A stretch of 64,000 bases of DNA, taken from contig JBHPFU010000001.1 in assembly GCA_042571125.1 (NCBI GenBank), positions 1,225 through 65,224 of the forward strand, written 5' to 3'. This document shows, piece by piece, positions 55,064 through 64,000 of this stretch. The notes below the pieces were generated by a model. The model worked only from the letters and a program-made list of their open reading frames with translations. It had not been told where the DNA came from and searched no databases. The translations under genes were made by a program, and so were the position numbers. Origin of the DNA: Nanobdellota archaeon. Lineage in GTDB: Archaea; Nanobdellota; Nanobdellia; Woesearchaeales; UBA10107. Each line of letters opens with the position of its first letter. Positions within the stretch are counted from its first letter, which is position 1.

Positions 55064-56178
55064 TTCAAGACGCTCCGATATACATCGTAAGTCTTTTTTG
55101 CCATCGTTCTCCAGCTATACTTGGATTTTGTCTTTTCATAACCTCTGTTTCCAATTTCTTCAAGAATTTTACTTTTTTTACTTAAAATATAACATAATTT
55201 ATTGGCTAACGCGCCAAAATCTTTTGGTTTTACTACCCATCCATCTTTGTCCTGAACAACAAATTTGTTATTATCGCCAACATCCGTTACTAGAACGGGA
55301 AGTTTTGCAGCCCATGCCTCAAGCAGAGTCAAAGGTTGACCCTCATATAATGAAGGAAGTATGAACAGATGGGAAGACTTATACTCTTTTATTAGCTTAA
55401 TTCCTTCAAGTTTTCCTTTAAATTTGATTATTTTTTCAAGACCTAACTTTTTAACTTTATCCTTCAATATCTCTTTTAGGTCCCCATCACCCACTATTGC
55501 AAATTCAGTATTTTTAAGATCCTTTTTTGCAAGATTAACCGCATCAAAAAGATAAGAAAGACCTTTCTGAGGATGCAATCTTCCAACAAAAATAATCTTG
55601 AATTTTTTACTTTTTTTAGCAGAAACAGAATCAAATTGTTTAATATCTACTCCATTAGGAATTACAATGGGATTATTTACATTTTTTTGATTCAAAAATC
55701 TAGAATCAACACTTATTTCTTTAGAATACTTCATTTTTGTTTGTAAAAACTTTTCAAGATAGGCAAGAATAGTACTTTTAAATCCTCGGCCATACATGGA
55801 TTTCATAGCTTTTGCTCCAAACCCGTGTACAGTATAAATTATTGGAATCCCCAACTCTTTGCTCATTTTTTTACCGGGAAAACCAGGGAGATTAGCATGC
55901 GCATGTATTAAATCATATTTTTTATTTTTAATTGTTTTAATAACTTCGCGGCACCATTTCAATCTAGGCAAAAAACCAAAATGCGTTTTTTTACCAATTC
56001 TAGATATATTTAATCTCCCATTAAAGAAACTCTCTTGTTTTTTACCATCTAAATTCATAACATACAAATCAATTTTACAATTATGATTTTTAACTAATCT
56101 TTTACATAGCTCCCAAACATGAACTTGACCTCCGCCCCAAATTGGCTTCCATGCTTCAATTAACATACATATTTTCAT
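55060..56178 (-). CDS. glycosyltransferase GT4-like
   Basis: PSLYEGQPLTLLEAWAAKLPVLVTDVG. Confidence 0.8.
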   Translation of the reverse strand: MKICMLIEAWKPIWGGGQVHVWELCKRLVKNHNCKIDLYVMNLDGKKQESFFNGRLNISRIGKKTHFGFLPRLKWCREVIKTIKNKKYDLIHAHANLPGFPGKKMSKELGIPIIYTVHGFGAKAMKSMYGRGFKSTILAYLEKFLQTKMKYSKEISVDSRFLNQKNVNNPIVIPNGVDIKQFDSVSAKKSKKFKIIFVGRLHPQKGLSYLFDAVNLAKKDLKNTEFAIVGDGDLKEILKDKVKKLGLEKIIKFKGKLEGIKLIKEYKSSHLFILPSLYEGQPLTLLEAWAAKLPVLVTDVGDNNKFVVQDKDGWVVKPKDFGALANKLCYILSKKSKILEEIGNRGYEKTKSKYSWRTMAKKTYDVYRSVLK

Positions 56179-57299
56179 AACACTTCCTCACAAACATGCT
56201 CAACTTGTTTTGATATTTTACTCCAATCATACTCTTTAACAAGTTTTTCAGCTTCTTTTACTTTAGAAGCATAAAGTTTTTTATTTTTTAACAATTTAAT
56301 TACTTTTTCAGCCAAATCAATATGATCTTCTTTTTTGAAAATCAAACCGCCCTTTCCCTTTTTGGTAACTTCAATGAAGGGCCCTATGTCTGAGCAAACA
56401 TAAGGAATTGACGAAGCCATAGATTCTAATAAAACAATTCCAAACCCTTCCAAAACACTTGGTGCGACTAAAACGTGTGATTCTTTCAAATATTTAATCA
56501 CTGAATCACGATTTTTAATAAATCCCTTAAAAGTTACTCCATTGTTAGCAATACATTTTAAATTTTCAAGTTCAGGCCCCTTCCCGATTATTGTCAATTT
56601 AATTTTAGGAATCTCTTTTTTTATAATTGGTATTGCATTAATTAAGTCAGCAATTCTTTTCTTTTTAGTAAGCCTGCCGATGCTTATTAAAGTAGGATTT
56701 TTATTTTTTTTAACTTTTATTTTTTTAAAACTTGAGAGATCAATCCCATTTGGGATAACAACAATCTTTTTTTCATCAACCATGCAAGACAATCTTTTTT
56801 TCGTAAATTCGGAAACAGAAATTATTTTGTCCCATTTCGACATTAAAATCATTCTTTCCCAGATATTCCCCAGAGTTCCAGTGATCAAACCTTTGTTTTT
56901 TATCCATTCACCAATCCAAGTTTCATGGTAGATAGCAATTGCGGGAATTTTTAATTTTTTTGCAGCCCTACAAGCAGGCAAGTAAGAAATGAAACTAGAA
57001 CCCACCACAACATCACCCTTTTCCAAGTTTTTAGCAAACTTGTACGCAGAACGAGCAAACATAAATCTCGTTAAAACTGCTCCTTCGTTAGTATATTGAT
57101 GTTCTGGGCCTACTCTGTAAACTTCCAGATTGCCATTTTTTTGGTGTCTTTTCAGTCCTTTTTGGTACGAACAAACAACTACAACTTTATTTTTTTTACT
57201 CATATGTTTTGAAATGTAGTATGCGTTTGCTTCTACACCGCCTGTAAGCTCTACTCTATCCAACTCCGGAAAATATTCCGTAATAAACAAAATATTCAT
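56175..57299 (-). CDS. glycosyltransferase GT4-like
   Basis: PSVLEGFGIVLLESMASSIPYVCSDIGP. Confidence 0.8.
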   Translation of the reverse strand: MNILFITEYFPELDRVELTGGVEANAYYISKHMSKKNKVVVVCSYQKGLKRHQKNGNLEVYRVGPEHQYTNEGAVLTRFMFARSAYKFAKNLEKGDVVVGSSFISYLPACRAAKKLKIPAIAIYHETWIGEWIKNKGLITGTLGNIWERMILMSKWDKIISVSEFTKKRLSCMVDEKKIVVIPNGIDLSSFKKIKVKKNKNPTLISIGRLTKKKRIADLINAIPIIKKEIPKIKLTIIGKGPELENLKCIANNGVTFKGFIKNRDSVIKYLKESHVLVAPSVLEGFGIVLLESMASSIPYVCSDIGPFIEVTKKGKGGLIFKKEDHIDLAEKVIKLLKNKKLYASKVKEAEKLVKEYDWSKISKQVEHVCEEVL

Positions 57300-57631
57300 T
57301 TTTTCTTTGCTTTTTTTATCGCAACCTCTTGAACAACCTTTGTTAAATCTGTCCTTACGCCATCAATCTGTACATATATCCTGAATATTAGATAAAACAG
57401 CAAAGCAATGCTCAAATAAATAACAAGATCTACTGCTCTTCCTATTCCAAGCATGTTTGCAAAGTAAGTTGCACTCCCTGGAATAAAAACAACGATTAAT
57501 GCAACAATCCAAACAAAAGCCCAAAACGCGAATTCTCCAGTTCTTATTTTCTTGTCTTTAAATCTTAAAACTGCTCTGCTAAGCGCAAACAAAATAAACA
57601 AAGCCAAGATGATTTGTATTGGTTCTATCAT
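57296..57631 (-). CDS. small 3-4 TM membrane protein (DUF2304-like GT2 partner)
   Basis: 111 aa, hydrophobic, basic tail. Directly downstream of a GT2 gene. Confidence 0.5.
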   Translation of the reverse strand: MIEPIQIILALFILFALSRAVLRFKDKKIRTGEFAFWAFVWIVALIVVFIPGSATYFANMLGIGRAVDLVIYLSIALLFYLIFRIYVQIDGVRTDLTKVVQEVAIKKAKKK

Positions 57632-57635
57632 TTTA

Positions 57636-58322
57636 TTACCTCATTAATTTTTTGATCATAATTTTAAAAGCTATTTTAATTCCGCTTAATAACTGGAATT
57701 TACCGTGCTGCGTATGTTTTTTAGAATACTCGGTATATTTTATCTTTACTGGAATTTCTTTATATCTTAACTTTTTTTTGAAAACTTCTATCAAAATTTC
57801 AGAAGCATGCTCTGGTCCGTCCTGCATAATCTCTATTGTTTTCGCAGCTTTTCTGTTAACTGCTCTAAATCCGCACTGTGAATCAGTTAGAACAACACCA
57901 TAAACTAGTTTTAACCAAAGTTTCCCAATTCTTAGAATTATTTTTTTACTAAAAGGCATATTTGATTTTTTACCTAAGAAACGAGAACCGATTGTTATAT
58001 CTGCTTCTTTTTTAATTAATGGTTTTAACATATCAGGGATATCTTCAACCAGCATCTGTCCGTCAGCATCAAAATGTACTATGATATCTGCGCCATGCCT
58101 CAATGCATATTCATTTCCAGTTCTTAATGCTGCTCCTTGTCCTCTGTTAATAATGTGATTTAAAACAACCGCGCCTTTTTTCAATGAAACCTCTTCTGTT
58201 TTGTCTGTACTAAGATCGTTAACTACAATTATCTCTTTATGGCCATGTTTCTTTAAATCATCGATTACTTTTCCAATCGATTTTTCTTCATTACATGCTG
58301 GGATTATTACAAATATTTTCAT
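57636..58322 (-). CDS. GT2 polyprenyl/dolichyl-phosphate glycosyltransferase (DPM-synthase-like)
   Basis: MKIFVIIPACNEEKSIGKVIDDL...VVNDLSTDKT...HFDADGQ. Start taken at the internal ATG giving an ATGA overlap. Confidence 0.8.
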   Translation of the reverse strand: MKIFVIIPACNEEKSIGKVIDDLKKHGHKEIIVVNDLSTDKTEEVSLKKGAVVLNHIINRGQGAALRTGNEYALRHGADIIVHFDADGQMLVEDIPDMLKPLIKKEADITIGSRFLGKKSNMPFSKKIILRIGKLWLKLVYGVVLTDSQCGFRAVNRKAAKTIEIMQDGPEHASEILIEVFKKKLRYKEIPVKIKYTEYSKKHTQHGKFQLLSGIKIAFKIMIKKLMR

Positions 58323-58657
58323 ACTATTAAAGACACTCCAATCAATATTAGAGCGATTCCTCCCCATTTGTACTTATTCATTCTTTCTTTTAAATACTTT
58401 ATTGCTAATAAACTCACCCATACGTAGTTTAGGGCAGCTATAGGGTAAAGAACAGTAAGTTCATGACCTCTTAAAGCAATAATAAAAACAATAGACGAAA
58501 GTCCGTAAAATAAAAGACCGATAAGCAAAAAGTAGTTCTTTATCAGATGAGATAGTCTTCTTTTTAGATCTCTTGAGCCTAATTTAAGCGAGAGTTGTCC
58601 TAGTGCAGCCAACATTGAAGAGATAATCGCTAATACAATTGATCCGAGGTAGTTCAT
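58319..58657 (-). CDS. 4-TM EamA/SMR-like half transporter (ArnE/ArnF-like), paralog 2
   Basis: MNYLGSIVLAIISSMLAALGQLSLKLG...ELTVLYPIAALNYVWVSLL. Paralogous to the upstream gene. Confidence 0.65.
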   Translation of the reverse strand: MNYLGSIVLAIISSMLAALGQLSLKLGSRDLKRRLSHLIKNYFLLIGLLFYGLSSIVFIIALRGHELTVLYPIAALNYVWVSLLAIKYLKERMNKYKWGGIALILIGVSLIV

Positions 58658-59016
58658 TTTTCCCTCCCTTTGCTTACAAGAGTTACTCCAGCGAGGATTA
58701 TTAAAACTCCTATCCATTTTAGTGGCGTCATAAAGTCGGTTTTAAAAATTAAAGGAGAGGCTAAGCTTACCCAAATGAAGCTTGTAGCTAGAATCGGGTA
58801 AACTACAGTTAACTCCCCCCTTCGCAGGGCTTTTAACATGAATAAAAGCCCAATCCCGTATGATGCCAAACCCAATACTAAGAAAGGGTTAAGTACGAGA
58901 GTAGCAAAATCTGCTGTCCTGTTCGCAGCAAATTTGTAAAATATCTGTCCTCCAGACGCAAATATGGCTGCAAAAACCATAAATATAATTGCTGATAAGC
59001 TTGTTTTTCCTTTCAT
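58654..59016 (-). CDS. 4-TM EamA/SMR-like half transporter (ArnE/ArnF-like), paralog 1
   Basis: LSAIIFMVFAAIFASGGQIFYKFA...ELTVVYPILATSFIWVSL. Confidence 0.65.
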   Translation of the reverse strand: MKGKTSLSAIIFMVFAAIFASGGQIFYKFAANRTADFATLVLNPFLVLGLASYGIGLLFMLKALRRGELTVVYPILATSFIWVSLASPLIFKTDFMTPLKWIGVLIILAGVTLVSKGREK

Positions 59017-59708
59017 TTTAATTTAAACCTTAATCTTAATAATCTCATAAACCAAACAATAGAATCTTTGATCACATTAACTTGCGAACCTTCAACGTGT
59101 TTCCAAGTTATTGGTAAGTAATACAACTTGTACTTCTTCTTTTTAATTTTATAAAATAATTCAACATCAAAAACCCATCTTTTGTCAATTAAATCTTTAA
59201 ATAAATCTTTCGCAATATTTTTCTTGAATCCTTTAAACCCACAAAGATTATCTCTATAACTATACTGGAAAATTAAAGAAACAACAATATTAAAACCAAA
59301 ACTGGTTATTTTTCTTATAATACTTTTTTCAACCTTTGATTCTTTTGAAAGCCTGTCACCAACAACAACATCGTTTTTATCAAGCGCATCTAACATTTTT
59401 GGTATTTGGTCTGGTTGAATTGATCCATCCGCATCAATAAATAAAATTTTATCCCCCTTTGCATACTGGATTCCGTATTGAATCGCACCCCCTTTGCCTC
59501 TGTTTTTATTATAACTAAGAAGTTTTGTGTTTTTCTTGTTTTTTATGAACTTACCAACCACTTCGGCAGTATCATCTTTTGAACCGTCATTTACTATTAA
59601 TATTTCAGAATCTTTTATATTTTTTTTAGAATATTCAATTAATTCAGTCAAAAAAGAGAGGATCCTTTCTGATTCATTGTATGCTGGAACAATTATTGTG
59701 CTTTTCAT
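59013..59708 (-). CDS. GT2 polyprenyl/dolichyl-phosphate glycosyltransferase (ArnC/GtrB-like)
   Basis: MKSTIIVPAYNESERI...VNDGSKDDT...FIDADGS. Start taken at the internal ATG giving an ATGA overlap. Confidence 0.8.
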   Translation of the reverse strand: MKSTIIVPAYNESERILSFLTELIEYSKKNIKDSEILIVNDGSKDDTAEVVGKFIKNKKNTKLLSYNKNRGKGGAIQYGIQYAKGDKILFIDADGSIQPDQIPKMLDALDKNDVVVGDRLSKESKVEKSIIRKITSFGFNIVVSLIFQYSYRDNLCGFKGFKKNIAKDLFKDLIDKRWVFDVELFYKIKKKKYKLYYLPITWKHVEGSQVNVIKDSIVWFMRLLRLRFKLK

Positions 59709-61309
59709 GCTGTCCTCTGGAATATGTAGTAATCCCAATTGCCATATCCGTAAGTTTCCCATCTTCTATGTAGGAACTGATACCAGCTTCTTGTAATGTA
59801 AGGTCTTTCTATCTTTTCAATTAATTTGTAAGGTTCTATTCCTGCTAATAATCTTTTTACAAATGTTTCACTCTGGCCAGTTGGGTCGAGAGACGGATCT
59901 AGAAGGTGAGTATTTAGGTTATATTTATCAAACACAAGATATTCTGGCATTATTCTAACAATTTCTTCTGCTTTAATTCTGTATTTCCATACTGCAGGAG
60001 CAACTTGGCCTGAATCGCTAATCTTTAAATTATTTAATGCAGAAATCTCATCAGGAGAAAGATTGTCTGTTTTCCATTCTTCAAGTTCATAACCGCTGCT
60101 ATGCAAATAACTGGAAGAGATTGAGATTGAAAGAACTGCGTTGTATAAGAATAAAACACCGATTAATATCGCAATCCATTTTTTACTTAGATTATTATGT
60201 ACAAAATATCCAATTAAGATAGCTATAAAAATAAATAATGGGAAAACATACCTTGGTGCCATCACAACGAATCTTCCGAGGTAAACCCACATAATAAACA
60301 GATAAATAATATTTGAAAGAATAAACGAATTTTTGTATTTTTTCTTTGAAAAGATATATATCAAACTGAAAATAAAAAGGATGAAATATCCAATTCCAAG
60401 GCCAATTGGCAGGAAAACCAAAGGAATCATTAAGAAGGAATCATCACCATACGGAAATTTGAATAAACTTCCTGTTGCATAGCTATTCTGACCCCTGTGA
60501 CTGCCCTCTTCAAGGTGGTATACGTTGTATTCCTGAACAGATTTAAAATCTGAAAAATCAATTAATACAAATGGTGAGGTTATAACAAATGCAAGAACTA
60601 CAGCAAGACCATAAAATACTAATCCTTTTGGAAGAACAATTTTTCCCCTGAATAATTTTTTGAACCATGAAAATTTTGAATCAATAAAATAAAATAAAAT
60701 AAAAAAGACAAGTAAAAATGCATAGTTTAGTTTTGACGCAGCTGCGAATCCAGTAAATAATCCTGCTAAAATGTAATCTTTTTGCTTGTAAGATTCATCT
60801 TTGTAAATTTTGACTATATAAATTAAAGCAATCACAGTAAATAATTGTCCGAATACATCCCCATTCGTAAATGTTGATCTAAATATATGGAAAGGCAAAA
60901 AGCAGACCAATCCTGCTAAAATTAAACCTAGTTTTTCATCTTTTATCTGCTTTCCTAGTTTATACAAAAAGAAAATACTGAGTGTTCCAACAATCACGCT
61001 TAGAAAATTAGCATACCATAGAGAATTTGAGTAAATATTCACTCCAACTGTTTTTAGAATAAAAAGGAACGCGCTTACAAGATATATTGCCAAACTTCCA
61101 TAGTGAAAATCATGGGGATTTAAGTCTCCTGTTTTAAGTATATTCAATGCAGAATCAAGGATGTGTCCTGTATCAACGCCAATCAAATGCTCTCTGTTGA
61201 ATATTAATGGAGATACACGTAACAAAAACGAAACAACGATTATTGTAATAAGCAGAATCGTTTTCCAATTACCTTTTAATTTCGAATAATCTCGCATAGA
61301 TTTGTTCAT
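59705..61309 (-). CDS. GT-C fold membrane glycosyltransferase (ArnT/PMT-like)
   Basis: About 13 TM, first-loop VDTGH acidic motif, soluble C-terminal domain. ATG at 61309. Confidence 0.65.
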   Translation of the reverse strand: MNKSMRDYSKLKGNWKTILLITIIVVSFLLRVSPLIFNREHLIGVDTGHILDSALNILKTGDLNPHDFHYGSLAIYLVSAFLFILKTVGVNIYSNSLWYANFLSVIVGTLSIFFLYKLGKQIKDEKLGLILAGLVCFLPFHIFRSTFTNGDVFGQLFTVIALIYIVKIYKDESYKQKDYILAGLFTGFAAASKLNYAFLLVFFILFYFIDSKFSWFKKLFRGKIVLPKGLVFYGLAVVLAFVITSPFVLIDFSDFKSVQEYNVYHLEEGSHRGQNSYATGSLFKFPYGDDSFLMIPLVFLPIGLGIGYFILFIFSLIYIFSKKKYKNSFILSNIIYLFIMWVYLGRFVVMAPRYVFPLFIFIAILIGYFVHNNLSKKWIAILIGVLFLYNAVLSISISSSYLHSSGYELEEWKTDNLSPDEISALNNLKISDSGQVAPAVWKYRIKAEEIVRIMPEYLVFDKYNLNTHLLDPSLDPTGQSETFVKRLLAGIEPYKLIEKIERPYITRSWYQFLHRRWETYGYGNWDYYIFQRTA

Positions 61310-63098
61310 TTTGTTCAAACTTCCAAATTTCTGTTAAGTATTTATCAAGATTAGAATGCCAAGGATGTGTTGCATCAAGTTGAGCAGGGTAAACAACCAA
61401 AACATTGAATTTTTTGATATTTTCTAGGTTTCTTTTAGAAGAGTCGATAACCATGTATTCTTTTTTGAAATTAACTCCGTTATTACTTAATATTTCTTCC
61501 CGTTCTGGAGTGTAAATAATCATTATGGGATCAAAGTATCCTTTTAAAACGCCTTCATTGTCAAACTGGAACTCGCTGTTTATCCAGTAATAATCCCAGT
61601 AAAGATAATTTATCTCATATGTTTCCAAAAGTTTTTCTCTTATTGAATCGTTGTTAGAATAAAGTATTAACGCTAAATCCAGTTCACGTTGGTCAACCTC
61701 GCTTGTTACTGGATGTTGATTTCTTCTTATGCTTAGGAATTTTCTTCCGGTCAGGGCATTAATCGCAGATCCTGTTTCTTTTGTTGATATAAAATGAGCA
61801 TTAAGGTCTGTTCCATCTTTTATTGCTTTTGAAGAAGCGATTAAAACTGGATTAATCTCTTGGAATCCTGCCTGTATCCACTTATTTGTATTAACTTTTT
61901 CATTAAACCCAATAACCGAAAACAATAAAATGAAAATAATGAACACATAAATCAAATTTTCTTTTATTTTTTTAATGTTTAGCAGTGTTTTAAAGGAAAA
62001 AGAAATCAAAAAGATATGTAAAATTGGTGTAAAGAAAGAAAGCATGTAGTGTGGTGAAAATTCCAATCCAAATAAAGGAATAGTTACTATAAAATGCAGG
62101 CTTATTAATGTAAATGAGATAAGAAAGAATATGCTCAATTTTTTTAATAAGTCAAATTCCTTACTTTTGCTCTTTACAACAAATAAAAATAAAATCGCAA
62201 GAATAGACGCCAGAGATACGATAGAATTGATCACACCATTAAAATTAAAAAAGAAACTTTTGAAAATATCCCCAATAAATCCTGCCTGAACAGAGAATTC
62301 AGAGTAATCACTTTGAGCCCAGTCAGTAATCTTATTTGGTAAGTCTCCTTCGAATGTTAAGGGAGTGAACCAATAAAGCTGGGCGATAATAAATCCGATT
62401 AAGAAAATAGATAAAAATATGGGAAGAGTACATTTTAATTTTTCTTTAATTTGTTTAACATTTAAAATTTTTCCTTTCTCAATTAAAAATAAATAAATAA
62501 ATAAAAATGGAAAGAGCAAAGTTAATGTTAAAAAACCAGATCCGTGCGATATTGAATTTAAACCATACAGCAAACCCGCGTAAATTGCATTTTTCCAATT
62601 TTTATTTTTTAAAAATTTAATTAAAAATAAGAAAAATAAAGGATATAGTGTGTACTTTGTAAATGACGCATACTTTATTATTGGATATATTGACAAAGGA
62701 GTAAGCAAAATAGTGGTCAATAAAGAAACTTTTCTGTTATTTGTGATTTCAGTCACTAGCAAATAAATTATTAGTATCGCTAAAAGCTGAATTATCACAG
62801 AGAATACGAACATAGCAGTCATTGCTTCTATCCCAAAAATTCTGGACAAATTACCAACAATCAAGGCATATAATGGGAAGTAGCTTGGAACTTCATCATT
62901 AAATGTAGCAAAGCTTGTAAATGCGTTTCCGCCTTGTTTTACGTGTTCTATGGCCCCCATCTGATGGTAATAATCTCCTCCGTAAATCGGAGAAGGGAGC
63001 TGATTGAAATCAGATAATAGTTTTACATGAAATATGACCGAGATTAGAATAACAGCTATAAAGACCAAGTAAAATTTTTTATCCTGTCCAAATCTCAT
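61269..63098 (-). CDS. second large GT-C-like polytopic membrane protein with C-terminal soluble domain
   Basis: First-loop PIYGGDYYHQMG, about 13 TM, 200-aa C-terminal domain. Confidence 0.55.
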   Translation of the reverse strand: MRFGQDKKFYLVFIAVILISVIFHVKLLSDFNQLPSPIYGGDYYHQMGAIEHVKQGGNAFTSFATFNDEVPSYFPLYALIVGNLSRIFGIEAMTAMFVFSVIIQLLAILIIYLLVTEITNNRKVSLLTTILLTPLSIYPIIKYASFTKYTLYPLFFLFLIKFLKNKNWKNAIYAGLLYGLNSISHGSGFLTLTLLFPFLFIYLFLIEKGKILNVKQIKEKLKCTLPIFLSIFLIGFIIAQLYWFTPLTFEGDLPNKITDWAQSDYSEFSVQAGFIGDIFKSFFFNFNGVINSIVSLASILAILFLFVVKSKSKEFDLLKKLSIFFLISFTLISLHFIVTIPLFGLEFSPHYMLSFFTPILHIFLISFSFKTLLNIKKIKENLIYVFIIFILLFSVIGFNEKVNTNKWIQAGFQEINPVLIASSKAIKDGTDLNAHFISTKETGSAINALTGRKFLSIRRNQHPVTSEVDQRELDLALILYSNNDSIREKLLETYEINYLYWDYYWINSEFQFDNEGVLKGYFDPIMIIYTPEREEILSNNGVNFKKEYMVIDSSKRNLENIKKFNVLVVYPAQLDATHPWHSNLDKYLTEIWKFEQNEQIYARLFEIKR

Positions 63099-63484
63099 TT
63101 TGTGAACACCAGTTTATCATAAATAAAATATTTTGATACGAATATTAATGCAGTTATGATTGTAATCGATAGAGCGTAATGAATAGCTAAGTACTCGGTT
63201 ATAATTCTAACCAATAGAGCATCAATAACTGCGATTATACCCAGAGACACCAAATATTTTACAAACGTCCTTCTTTTGTTTTTTGTTGTTTTAAATATTA
63301 CTTGGATTGCAAAATAGAAATTGAATATTATCGCGAAGATTAGAGAAAAAATATATGCATAGAAATAATAGATATTAAAGATTTCTGTTAAAAAACTAGT
63401 CAATCCAACTTTAATTAAATAACTAAGCACTCCGCCATAAAAGAATTTACTAAATTTATGAAATAATATTTTTTTTGCTAACAT
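63095..63484 (-). CDS. GtrA-like 4-TM protein
   Basis: 129 aa, 4 TM, N-terminal FSKFFYGGVLSYLIKVGLTSFL, typical of the GtrA family. Confidence 0.65.
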   Translation of the reverse strand: MLAKKILFHKFSKFFYGGVLSYLIKVGLTSFLTEIFNIYYFYAYIFSLIFAIIFNFYFAIQVIFKTTKNKRRTFVKYLVSLGIIAVIDALLVRIITEYLAIHYALSITIITALIFVSKYFIYDKLVFTK

Positions 63485-64000
63485 TTCTTAATCACCTGAA
63501 TTGCATGCCAACTTAATCTGTTTAGTAAAGGAATTTGTGATAGCCCTTGGTCGAGGTACCACAATAAATTAAAAAAGAACACCGGGATTCTTAGTTTAAA
63601 CATATCTGGAAAACCAAAAGGGTACGCAAGATATCCGAAATACTTAACTTCTTTTAAGCAAATTTTATTCCGTTTCCAATATTTTTTAAAAAAGGTTACG
63701 CTTAAATCTTCATGCTCTTCTTCGAAATGAGATTTATTGATTTTTTTGTTTACTTCTCTCAAAAAATGAGAAATAATGTTTTTATTCGGCTCAGAGATCA
63801 CAATAACAGCAGTTTTATCTATTTGTTTTAAAAGTCTGTCCAAGAATCTTTCTTTTTGATCTAAATGATGTATAAGACTTCTTATTATGTATAAATCATA
63901 ATCTTTTTCTAGTTTAAAATCATCATCAAGATTAATTTTCTTAACTTTAAAGTTTTTATTCTTCCCAAACCTTTTTTTACCCAGGTTAAGCATCTCTTGA
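63478..64000 (-). CDS. SAM-methyltransferase-like protein, C-terminal part (frame stays open to the window edge)
   Basis: DLYIIRSLIHHL and VIVISEPN resemble post-motif-II class I MTase segments. The N-terminus is probably outside the window. Confidence 0.45.
   Translation of the reverse strand, partial: QEMLNLGKKRFGKNKNFKVKKINLDDDFKLEKDYDLYIIRSLIHHLDQKERFLDRLLKQIDKTAVIVISEPNKNIISHFLREVNKKINKSHFEEEHEDLSVTFFKKYWKRNKICLKEVKYFGYLAYPFGFPDMFKLRIPVFFFNLLWYLDQGLSQIPLLNRLSWHAIQVIKKC

Overview
The window is AT-rich, gene-dense (about 90 genes, many with 4-nt ATGA start/stop overlaps) and clearly archaeal. It carries archaeal-type ribosomal proteins, RNA polymerase subunits D and N, PCNA, PriS-type primase, Hef, NAC, Sec61beta and archaeal-looking RNase P and SRP RNAs. 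By inference, the small compact genes, a fused primase and bacterial-type LeuRS and GyrA suggest a reduced DPANN-like lineage. Structured RNA genes stand out as GC-rich islands: tRNA-Leu(CAA), tRNA-His(GUG), RNase P RNA, SRP RNA and an orphan 5S rRNA. The left two thirds is mostly housekeeping: the start of the L3-L4 operon, replication and repair genes, the S13-S4-S11-RpoD-L18e-L13-S9-RpoN cluster, LeuRS, TrpRS and GyrA. It also holds a six-gene glucose-to-PRPP operon running through the reverse ribulose-monophosphate route. The right 17.5 kb is one co-directional, translationally coupled surface-glycosylation array of 18 genes. I found no CRISPR array, transposase or integrase. The most unusual items are: (1) a PolB-like gene upstream of PCNA with intact exonuclease motifs but apparently substituted polymerase catalytic motifs; (2) three tandem paralogous small coiled-coil genes, the first with a (PEL)n repeat; (3) two 42-bp promoter-like direct repeats beside the SRP RNA gene, each heading a micro-ORF and each carrying an 11-nt stretch antisense to the SRP RNA helix-8 apex; (4) two parallel synthase-flippase-GT-C modules in the glycan array; (5) a lone eukaryote-type HisA. 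All functional calls rest on reading motifs by eye. No searches were run.
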